This document shows, piece by piece, positions 20,137 through 28,701 of a DNA stretch of 37,774 bases. Made by a program: the position numbers and the translations under genes. This stretch comes from Stramenopiles sp. TOSAG23-3 (lineage: Eukaryota), in NCBI GenBank assembly GCA_900128585.1, contig LT642191.1:1-37774 (forward strand). The letters run 5' to 3'. Numbering within the stretch: position 1 is the stretch's first letter; each line of letters opens with the position of its first letter. The notes below the pieces were generated by a model. It worked only from the letters and a program-made list of their open reading frames with translations. It had not been told where the DNA came from and ran no database searches.

Positions 20137-21780
20137 ATGAAACGAGTGTATGATGCCATAATTGTGGGAGGCGGTCATAACGGCTTGGTCACCGCGGCAT
20201 ATTTGGCGAAGGCGGGGAAAAAAGTGTGTGTTCTTGAAAGCCGTGCCCTCGTAGGCGGTGCGGCAGTGACGGAGGAGCTTGTACCAGGGTATAAATTTTC
20301 AAGGGGGGCATACTTGGGGGGTCTTTTGCGCCCTGCAGTCATCGAAGAACTCGAGCTTGAGACAAAGTACGGTTTGCGGTTTTACCCCCGAACCCACTCG
20401 TCGTTTACGCCGCTCCAGTCGGGAGAGTCGCTTTTAATGGGACAAAGTCAAGAGCTAAACCAACGGGAAATTTCCAAGTTTAGCAAAAAGGATGCCGCGG
20501 CGTACCCGAAATACGAAGCGCAGTTGAAGCGATTTGCAAATATTTTAGAAGATACGCTGGATTCGATCCCACCGGATCCGGCCAGCATGGCGGGGAAAGA
20601 GCGGGCGGAGCTGTTTGAGCATGCAAAAACTTTGGGTGTCGGAGGCAGAAACATGGCGAAGCTTGGCAAAGAAATGGGGACGTTTTTACAATTTTTGACC
20701 GCACCAGCTTCGCAATGGCTTGATATGTGGTTTGAAAGCGAGCCTCTAAAGGCAACGTTGGCAACCGACGCCATCATTGGAGCCCACGTTGCGGCCAGCT
20801 CGCCGGGGACAGGATATGTTTTGCTTCACCACGTCATGGGCGATTGGGCTTACGTTGAGGGGGGCATGGGGTCGATACCAAACAGCATTGCCAAGGCGGC
20901 GAAAGCGTTCGGGGCGGAGATCGAGACCGAAGCTGTCGTCGAGTCTATAGATGTGTGTCCGACCCAAGGGAATGTGCGGGGAGTGACCTTGTCGACCGGG
21001 GAAACATTGTCAGGGAAAGTTGTCGTTTCGAATGCAACGCCGGACAAAACATTAATGGGGGACGCTAGTTTGTTGAAAGAAAAGGATCGCGCGTCGTTCT
21101 TACCGGACATGTATACCAAAAATATGTCTTCCATTAGCTACCAATCGTCCACGACGAAAATCAATGTCGCCGTCGACCGTGTTCCCCAGTTCTCTTCCAT
21201 TGGGAGAGAGGGCAATGTACCTGGGCCGGAACATGAAGGGACAATTCATATCGGGTGTGAGTCAATGGAATCGTTGCATGCTGCGTACAGGGACGCAGAG
21301 TACAGCAAGGTGCCGAGTATGACGCCCCTTGTCGAAATGACACTGCCTTCTGTTCTTGATCCCACCTTGGCACCAGAGGGCCACCACGTCGTCAACCTAT
21401 TCATACAATACACGCCGTACACTCCATCGGACGGGCCTTGGGACCAAGCGAGCAAACAAGATTTTTCCGAGAGGATCTTTGGTTTGATCGACCAGTACGC
21501 CCCGGGATTTAGCGAGTCCATCGTCGGCGAACCCGACATTTTGACTCCCCCCGACCTTGAGAAGACATTTGGTCTGACGGGTGGGAACATCTTTCATGGA
21601 GAGATGACATTGGACCGACTCTTCATTACACGCCCGGCATCGAGCGGGGCTTCCTACCGCGTGCCTGGGGTCAAAGGCCTATATTTGTGTGGAGCTGGAA
21701 CCCACCCAGGGGGAGGAGTCATGGGGGCAGCGGGGAGGAATTGTTCGCGAGCAGTCCTCCGAGACATGAAGAAGGGTTGA
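20137..21780 (+). CDS. PYROXD2: Pyridine nucleotide-disulfide oxidoreductase domain protein 2 (phytoene-desaturase-like FAD oxidoreductase)
   Basis: YDAIIVGGGHNGLVTAAYLAK, GGAAVTEE..PGYKFSR, YVLLHHVMG, GLTGGNIFHG, GLYLCGAGTHPGGGVMGA. Confidence 0.9.
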   Translation: MKRVYDAIIVGGGHNGLVTAAYLAKAGKKVCVLESRALVGGAAVTEELVPGYKFSRGAYLGGLLRPAVIEELELETKYGLRFYPRTHSSFTPLQSGESLLMGQSQELNQREISKFSKKDAAAYPKYEAQLKRFANILEDTLDSIPPDPASMAGKERAELFEHAKTLGVGGRNMAKLGKEMGTFLQFLTAPASQWLDMWFESEPLKATLATDAIIGAHVAASSPGTGYVLLHHVMGDWAYVEGGMGSIPNSIAKAAKAFGAEIETEAVVESIDVCPTQGNVRGVTLSTGETLSGKVVVSNATPDKTLMGDASLLKEKDRASFLPDMYTKNMSSISYQSSTTKINVAVDRVPQFSSIGREGNVPGPEHEGTIHIGCESMESLHAAYRDAEYSKVPSMTPLVEMTLPSVLDPTLAPEGHHVVNLFIQYTPYTPSDGPWDQASKQDFSERIFGLIDQYAPGFSESIVGEPDILTPPDLEKTFGLTGGNIFHGEMTLDRLFITRPASSGASYRVPGVKGLYLCGAGTHPGGGVMGAAGRNCSRAVLRDMKKG

Positions 21781-21792
21781 TGATGACAAAAA

Positions 21793-21814
21793 CAAGAAAA
21801 ATTGGCTGTTATTT
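21793..21814 (+). repeat. Dispersed motif, copy 4 (one extra A)
   Basis: caagaaaaattggctgttattt, 12 bp after the PYROXD2 stop. Confidence 0.9.
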
Positions 21815-21913
21815 TATAGTAATTACAAAATCAGAAAAAAAATATGTACTTGTGGTACTTAAACTTACGAATCAGTCTGAACTTACGAAGTCTACACCCA
21901 CAAAGGGGGCCAA

Positions 21914-23104
21914 TTACACCCACCTCGAACCAGCATTCAGCATAAACGACTTTCTAGACGTCGTTGACGGTTTGTAAAATGCTGGACCAGGGGGTCGCTT
22001 GGACCCACCCAGCTGGGCCTCTATACCACGCTTCGATTTGCTCAGGCCCCAACTGGAGGAGACGAGCTTTACCTCTCTGTTTCTAATGCGGTAGTAACTC
22101 CCTGGGCCTGGCGGATCATCGTCAATGGTCTTTTTCAAGTACGGTTTCCCAAAACGATCGTGCCCCGCACCGCCAAACGATTTTCCATTCTTATTTGCGC
22201 GCGCGAGCTTTCGACGTTCCGAGAAGCTTAAGACTCGAATTCCACCCACAGGGACCGGCTCCCCTCTTGCCTTTATTTCCAAGGCGGTCGTTGCTAAGTA
22301 TGCGCCTGGCCCAGGATTTTCTGACCCCATGGCCAGCATTGCTTCCATTCCACGCTTGCTTTTGTCCTTCCCCCATGCCGACTCCCCCTTCACAGCACCG
22401 AACTTTTCACGAAAATTCGCCGCGTCACTAACATTGTACTCCCCTGGTGCCGGCATGCTCATTTGATCGATGGGATCCTTTCTTAGCCGGGAGGAATTGG
22501 AGCGAAAGGCGCATCTCGCCGCCGATCCGTTCAAATTCAAAGCCCTGTTTAATTTTTCCACCCCATAAGCTCCTGGGCCGGGCATTTTCAGGAGGTCGAC
22601 AGGTGGATCATCCCTATAGCGGCGCGGCCGAGCAAAGTTCGATGTCACAGGGGCTTTGTTGAAGTCGTCCCTGGACGCCCAGACCGCCCCAGCGTTGTGC
22701 GCGCCGGGCCCGGGCTCTTGGGCCGATTCCAGCTCATTCCGGCTATTAAACCTCCTTGTCTTACTCACAAGCCCCCCGTACCCTTTCGTGTTTGCAGTGC
22801 CCTTGTTCATCTCGGGATTCCATAGCATACTGCTGGAGTCTGGGTTGTGGTATTTGCCTGCACCTGGGTTGGCGTTTCCGTGTGCCCTGAAACGTATCCC
22901 TTGCGAGCCGAACCCGTCTGCCTCCCTCGGTCCTTTGTGGAGGACAGTTTCGTACTTGGATGGAATAGATGGCTTCTCTTTTCGCTTTTTAGCAGCCCTA
23001 GCAATGGCGGCCGGCCCATCGTTCTTATCGACGACCCCACGAACCAGACTGCCTTGCGGCAGACGACCTACTTGCCGGTACGACACTTTTTCATACTCGT
23101 CCAT
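21914..23104 (-). CDS. SHIPPO/sperm-tail PG-rich repeat protein (STPG1-like, axonemal)
   Basis: Seven PGPG.Y-type repeats (NPGAGKY, EPGPGAH, MPGPGAY, MPAPGEY, NPGPGAY, PPGPGSY, PPGPAFY), N-terminal SIPSKY..GFGSQ..RF and C-terminal RKSF.LN..W. First ATG is at 23104. Confidence 0.8.
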   Translation of the reverse strand: MDEYEKVSYRQVGRLPQGSLVRGVVDKNDGPAAIARAAKKRKEKPSIPSKYETVLHKGPREADGFGSQGIRFRAHGNANPGAGKYHNPDSSSMLWNPEMNKGTANTKGYGGLVSKTRRFNSRNELESAQEPGPGAHNAGAVWASRDDFNKAPVTSNFARPRRYRDDPPVDLLKMPGPGAYGVEKLNRALNLNGSAARCAFRSNSSRLRKDPIDQMSMPAPGEYNVSDAANFREKFGAVKGESAWGKDKSKRGMEAMLAMGSENPGPGAYLATTALEIKARGEPVPVGGIRVLSFSERRKLARANKNGKSFGGAGHDRFGKPYLKKTIDDDPPGPGSYYRIRNREVKLVSSSWGLSKSKRGIEAQLGGSKRPPGPAFYKPSTTSRKSFMLNAGSRWV

Positions 23105-23704
23105 CGATGCCGTATTGTTGTCTTGATCCGGACAGAAAGAATTACAGTGCACGTCTCGTTTGAACCAATCAATGGCCTCAAAAGAAAGAAAATTAGTCTC
23201 TACGTTGTTGAACAACACATATACAAGGTGTTGTGTTCAAGTACTGTTTCAAAAAAAGTTTCAATACCAAAAGATCAAAATGTTCGCAGAAAAGGAACAA
23301 AACAAAAGACGACCTTTATTTTCTTATATTTATTATTATTATTATTAGAGAGATAATACCAAGGTACAACAAAACAACAATAAAATTTTTTTATTATTTT
23401 ATAATAATAATAGTCCTATTATTAATAATACCAAAAAAAAGGTATTATTATTTATTAAATTATTACATTCTATCATCAGAGGAGGTTGTGTTTTTTTTTG
23501 CATTGGATTAGCATTGTTTGGTTGGGAGATTGAATACTATAATGAAATAAAATGTATCGAACAATATTTACATAGAAATAGTATTGAATACCCAAATAAA
23601 ATTACGAAACAAACGAAGAAACGGCTCTTCGCTCTTCGCCAAAAGATAGAAACTAGCTCACTAAATAGTATAAAATGAACTTAGACTACGAACTACAACC
23701 GCAC

Positions 23705-24130
23705 AGAGAAGAAAGAAGAAAGAAGAAAGAAGAAAGAAGAAAGAAGAAAGAGAAAGAGAAAGAGAAAGAGAAAGAGAAAGAGAAAGAAGAAAGAAGAAAG
23801 AAGCAAGAAGAAAGAGAAAGAGAAAGAGAAAGAAGAAAGAAGAAAGAAGAAAGAAGAAAGAGAAAGAAGAAAGAGAAAGAGAAAGAGAAAGAGAAAGAAG
23901 AAAGAAGAAAGAAGAAAGAGAAAGAAGAAAGAGAAAGAGAAAGAAGAAGACGACGAAGAAGATAGAAGAAGAAGAAAAAAGAAGGAAGAAGAAGAAGAAG
24001 AAAAAAAAGAAGGAAGAAGGAAGAAGGAAGAAGGAAGAAGGAAGAAGGAAGAAGGAAGAAGGAAGAAGGAAGAAGGAAGAAGGAGAAGGAAGAAGGAAAG
24101 AGAGAAGAAGAAAGAAAGAAGAAAAAAAAA
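23705..24130. repeat. Long polypurine compound microsatellite (GAAAGA, GAA, GAAGAAG units)
   Basis: About 425 bp almost purely A/G on the plus strand. Confidence 0.97.
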
Positions 24131-24605
24131 TAATGAGAAGATATGATAAAAAATAATAATAATAATCATCGTAAAAAATAATAATAATAAAATAATAATA
24201 ATTTATTTTATTAGAGTCTATTTTTATTATATTGAAGATCATATCATCACACGTGTTCATTCAGAAGAGATATAACAAATAGTACAAAAATTTTGCATTG
24301 AGATTGTTTCACATACTAGTGTCTGCTTTCTTTCTCTGTTTCTTATTTAGTCGTCCCTTTGCCTTTCTCTTTTCATTTTCGCGGTGAAAGTTGTTCGTCT
24401 CTGTCGGATATATATACACACGCGCGCGCGTATTCGTACCTTTCTTGGTGTTGAAGACGACCGGCTACCACCATCCCGACGAACTCACTCTGAACGGCAG
24501 CCGTGTACCATTAAACTGGCGTGTGTTGGTCGCAGGAGTTGAAGGAAGGTTTGCTGCGCTCCGTCGGCTGCTTTGTAGTGGTTTTTAATTGTTAGGGAGG
24601 GAACG

Positions 24606-25715
24606 ATGAGCAGTCTGTCGGAGCGCGTTTGTCGGCCCCGTAGGCACTGGCGAAGCGTGCTAAGCAATAGCATATTTCGAAGGGCGACAGTCCTGTGCCT
24701 TGCGGCAATGGTGTCGGCGGTGTCGGCCCAATACGGGCAGATCCCAAAGTCCATCAACGAGCGCTACCGGAGAGCAGGGACCCCGCACGTTTACAACGGG
24801 GCAAGGCACGTGGCCGAACAAGCACCCCCCTGCAGGGTTCTTGGGGGCACGTTCGGCTACTTTATCCAGGGTTTGCTCGGGGTGGTTGCCTTGATTGGCC
24901 TATTTTTTAAATTTCACATAGAAAAACACGACGAGAAGCACGTACCTCGGCACTTCAGAGAGTGGGCGTTTGACGTGTCCAAGCAGGCGATCGGGGCTGC
25001 CACCACCCACGTGTTTAACATATTTTTGGCCATGGTCATGGCGCACATAAAAATTTCGAAGGACCCGAGCGTTCATCCGGACCAGTGCGCGTGGTATTTT
25101 ATTAATTTTTGCATCGACACATTTTTGGGAATCGCGCTGGTCCTTTTTTTTGTTAAGACTTTGGAAAGCATATCGCGCGACTGCGGGTGGAAGAGCCTTG
25201 CGGAAAGTGGCAACTATGGGTCCTCTACCAACCCTTCTTGGAAGATATTTTTCGTCCAGCTAACCGCGTACCTCATAATCACGCTGTTGGTGAAGTTTAT
25301 CCTCGCCTTGCTCGTTTGGCCGATCAGCAGGCCCCTGAGCCGTCTGGGGATCTGGCTGTTCGCCCCGTTGCGACAGTCCCCGGACCTGGAACTGGTCCTG
25401 GTCATGGTCATAGGGCCATGCATGATGAACGTCGTCGGATTCTGGATCTTGGACAACATTCTTAAGAAGAACGAAGTGATAAACGACCCGAGAAAACGGA
25501 ACGACGACTCGGACAATTTCGACGCCCCTGAATCTCCAGAGTACGACGACTTGGGCTTCGACGAGCACGCGGGGTTGATTGCCGGCTACGAAGACACGTT
25601 TGGAGCTTACGACGAGCCCGGCGATCGGGGGGGAATCTACGACAGGGATCCCATGAACAGCTCGTACTCGTACGACCGTTCCAGGTCCATAAACTTTTCG
25701 CCCCGAGACGTTTAG
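24606..25715 (+). CDS. STIMATE/TMEM110 / YPL162C family membrane protein
   Basis: WAFDVSKQAIGA..H..N, DQCAWYFINF.IDT.LG, ESGNYG, LELVLVMVIGP..MN...FWILDNILK, with about 5 TM segments. Confidence 0.85.
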   Translation: MSSLSERVCRPRRHWRSVLSNSIFRRATVLCLAAMVSAVSAQYGQIPKSINERYRRAGTPHVYNGARHVAEQAPPCRVLGGTFGYFIQGLLGVVALIGLFFKFHIEKHDEKHVPRHFREWAFDVSKQAIGAATTHVFNIFLAMVMAHIKISKDPSVHPDQCAWYFINFCIDTFLGIALVLFFVKTLESISRDCGWKSLAESGNYGSSTNPSWKIFFVQLTAYLIITLLVKFILALLVWPISRPLSRLGIWLFAPLRQSPDLELVLVMVIGPCMMNVVGFWILDNILKKNEVINDPRKRNDDSDNFDAPESPEYDDLGFDEHAGLIAGYEDTFGAYDEPGDRGGIYDRDPMNSSYSYDRSRSINFSPRDV

Positions 25716-25907
25716 CTTCAGGGAATTTCTTTTTATCTGGAACGATATTGCACTTTCCCTATAGAGGAATGTGACGCCTGGGTTTCGTTCGGGCGGGTCT
25801 CTTTAAAAGAGTTTCTAATGTGTGTTGTCACATGGTCATGATTTTTATAAATAAAAATAGTAATTAATAAGAAAATTATTATGATATCAAAAATGAACCG
25901 CTTTCTC

Positions 25908-27137
25908 TCAGTGATCTCTCCACGACCCGCCGTCGTCTTTGCGTATGGGAACGTACTGTTTTAGTGTACGGTCCCAAACCATAGGAACCGATTTCTGGCT
26001 GTCCTCTGCTTCACCAGCTCTGTCCGTGTCCTTGTCGTCGGCACCTTTGTCGTCGTCTGCGTCCTCATCGTCCCAGTTGATCTTCAAATTCTTTGGAAGG
26101 TCCTTGTTCTTCAGCTTCTTTCTCTTTTTCTTCAGAGTAGCGTTTTCTTTATCACTGCTGATCGAGCGGATTTCCTCCAGAATTTCTTGAGACTCTTCAA
26201 CTTGCTCTATTTTCTCTTCTAACGCCTTTAAGGCCTCTTCTTGCTGTGCTATTTCTGCTTCCAACCGCGCGACGTAGGCCCGTTTTTGACTTTTTCGCTC
26301 GGCAGTATGGTCTTCGCACTGCTTTAACAAGCGAGCTATGTCAACAATCCTTTCCTTTGCCAGCGCCGGGGTCATCTGCCCAGTTTGAAGTTCGTACGTA
26401 ATGCTTCCTGGGTTGATTCTCTGTTGGTCAATATTTTGGCAATGCTGCGTTAACCGTCGTCCAAGCTCATCGTTTGCCACTTCCATCTGTACGTAATCCG
26501 CGATGGGAATCACTTCTGCCTCCTTCTTTTTCTTCCCTTCGTTCGTTTCCGCGTCAAAATTTGGAGAGGGGGTTCCTGCACTTTTGCCATCTGAACCGCC
26601 CTCTTCGTCGTAATTCGGAGACGGGGTGGGGGCATTGTCACTATCAGAGTCTATCACATTTGCTAAGTGAGGAGAGTTTGGAGGGGTACCTTCGTGCTCT
26701 TTCTCGCTGGTGTTGAAGGCCCCGTTCATCCATGTGATAGTTTTTCGAGGGTAGCACTTTCTGTCACCCCATACCTTAACAATCTTTTTCATTTTAGAGA
26801 CTACCTTTGGGTTCAAGTCTGTCGCAATCCGTAATGCGGGCTTGATTCTGGTCTCAAAGCTATCGATGTACGCGCTTCCCTTCTTCCTTGACGTTTGTAC
26901 CACGTCGTTCGCAATGTACAACAGCGGCAAGACCGTTCCTGCCGTGGCATCGTAGATTGCATCCAACCATAGGCCAGTGACTTGGTTCGCGTGCTGATAG
27001 TACGAAAGCAGCAATTTGGATGCCCCCTGAATGGACTCCTGGGTCACTTGAATGTTACTATCGTTGAACAGAGCAACAAGTTTCTTAACGTCCTTTTCCG
27101 GAAGACCACCCGACCCACCTGCAGCCAACACTGACAT
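25908..27137 (-). CDS. CTD-interacting domain (CID/RPR) protein, RPRD1/Rtt103-like
   Basis: TQESIQ.AS, LPLLYIANDVVQTSRKKG, KIVKVWGDRK, followed by a coiled coil. First ATG is at 27137. Confidence 0.8.
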   Translation of the reverse strand: MSVLAAGGSGGLPEKDVKKLVALFNDSNIQVTQESIQGASKLLLSYYQHANQVTGLWLDAIYDATAGTVLPLLYIANDVVQTSRKKGSAYIDSFETRIKPALRIATDLNPKVVSKMKKIVKVWGDRKCYPRKTITWMNGAFNTSEKEHEGTPPNSPHLANVIDSDSDNAPTPSPNYDEEGGSDGKSAGTPSPNFDAETNEGKKKKEAEVIPIADYVQMEVANDELGRRLTQHCQNIDQQRINPGSITYELQTGQMTPALAKERIVDIARLLKQCEDHTAERKSQKRAYVARLEAEIAQQEEALKALEEKIEQVEESQEILEEIRSISSDKENATLKKKRKKLKNKDLPKNLKINWDDEDADDDKGADDKDTDRAGEAEDSQKSVPMVWDRTLKQYVPIRKDDGGSWRDH

Positions 27138-27581
27138 GATAATTCTATATACCTTTGGCAAGCAACGCGCTTAAAAAGAAGGACAAATTCACTATTTTAA
27201 AAACCGATAATTATAATTATCTATGCGATAATATCATGTAATAAATGTTTTATGTGAGAATTCAACTGATTAAATTCTTCCCACTATTAATTAATTCGTT
27301 TTTCAATCTAAATTGAAACAAAATACAAAAATCGTGTAATAATATATTTTATAATAATAATATAATAAAATTTTACGAGGAGGAGGAGGAGTCCTCGTAT
27401 TTAATATTATTAATAGTCGGTCTTCTTCTATTTTTTTAATTATTATATAATTTTTGTTTGCTTCAGAGAGGGAGGAGGATGGATAAATACAGCCAATAAA
27501 TAATTGATAGGAATATTAGTACTTAAAATAATACGATTTATCGTATATAATTAATAACTACTAACCGAAAAACTCCTCTAA

Positions 27582-28028
27582 AAAGTGTTGTTCAGTATCT
27601 TTGGCGCGGAATTGAAAAATGGGAAACGACTTTGTGCTAACTATTTCAAACGAAGAGATCTTTATGAAAAAAAGATAATTTTTACTATTTTAAAACGTCA
27701 AATGTCTTTTTAGATACACAAAACTGTGCGCCGATGACTCGTTTTGCAAGACCCTAATAAGAAATAAGTGATTGTTTGGGTGGCGCTTGGTACAAATCGT
27801 CCATTTCACAAAAAATTGTCCCTTGGAACCGCAATTCCAAGTCAATTGAAGGCAAACAATTTATAAACATTTGTTGACGGTCGCACATGGAAAGCGGAAC
27901 GCTTGCATGATCTAAACTTATGCAGTTAGGCATCCCTATTGCTTTAATTTGTCGTTATCGTTCAAAGTGCTTCCATACTTTGAAATTCGAGTCGGATTTT
28001 TATTCGCGCCAAGGGCACTGAACACTTT
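27582..28028. mobile_element. Putative MITE-like element with ~27-bp imperfect terminal inverted repeats
   Basis: Left end aaagtgtt(gtt)cagtatctttggcgcggaat versus reverse complement of right end aaagtgttcagtgcccttggcgcgaat. The interior has no long ORF and is less AT-rich than the flanks. No clear target-site duplication. Confidence 0.5.
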
Positions 28029-28117
28029 ATTAAACAGGTGAACAGTATGGCATTTTACTTATAGAAAAACAACGACGGTCGTCTTTTCTATTTTTTTTAG
28101 AAAATGGGATTTTATTA

Positions 28118-28494
28118 TTTTTTGTTGTAAGTTTGTGTTGAAATATATTTTATTCATATTTAATAACGAAGAGAAAAGTTAATTTATTTTAACAAGTGCT
28201 GTGTCAATATAAAATACTCATTGTAAAAGCAAAACAAAAAAACAAAAAAATTGCAAAAGATCAATTGTTGTTGGTACCGTTTATTGTTTTTTTTAGTGCT
28301 GTGTATATCTACTTTACTTTTACCAAAATTTGTTTTTTGTTGTAACTTTGTGTCGAAATATATTTCCTTCATATTTCATAACGAAGAAGAGAAATGCTAA
28401 TTTATTTTAATAGATGCTGTGTATATATGTAAAATACTAATTCTAATACAAAAACAAAAAAACAAACAAAATGCAAAGGAAGAATTGTTGTTGG
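28118..28494. repeat. Two diverged direct repeats of ~157-162 bp (28118-28274 and 28333-28494)
   Basis: Shared blocks tttttgttgtaa.tttgtgt.gaaatatattt..ttcatattt.ataacgaaga..taatttattttaa..tgctgtgt..aaaatact..aaaacaaaaaaacaaa..tgcaaa..aattgttgttgg. Confidence 0.85.
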
Positions 28495-28561
28495 AGGAGG
28501 CCTTACCCTCCTAATTTTTTCCTTGATATAGAAAAGTACAGAAAGTATTTTTAACAATTAA

Positions 28562-28589
28562 AAACAAGAAAATTGGCTGTTATTTAAAG
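28562..28589 (+). repeat. Dispersed motif, copy 5
   Basis: aaacaagaaaattggctgttatttaaag, identical over 28 bp to the reverse complement of copy 2 (2205-2232). Confidence 0.9.
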
Positions 28590-28701
28590 AATTATATCGT
28601 TCTATAATTTACTTGAAAATCGAGGAACAACTCGTATCCTGTTTTAACGCTTATACATAGTCTATTTATTAATTCATCTCCATATATACATGGAGTGTTA
28701 T

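Noticed and set aside
21778-21786. TGA-TGA-TGA after PYROXD2 (and TGA-TGA after the ARM gene) as possible selenocysteine/readthrough
   Set aside because: PYROXD2 is complete at this point, no SECIS-like element was recognised, and TAA, TAG and TGA all serve as stops in the window.
23661-24260. ORFs of poly-K/E/R or poly-F/L/S here and at 3595-3777 and 6763-7140
   Set aside because: They are translations of GAA/TTC microsatellites, not genes.
27374-27399. Small hairpin tacgagga-N10-tcctcgta
   Set aside because: An 8-bp stem built on a GGA microsatellite; plausible by chance.
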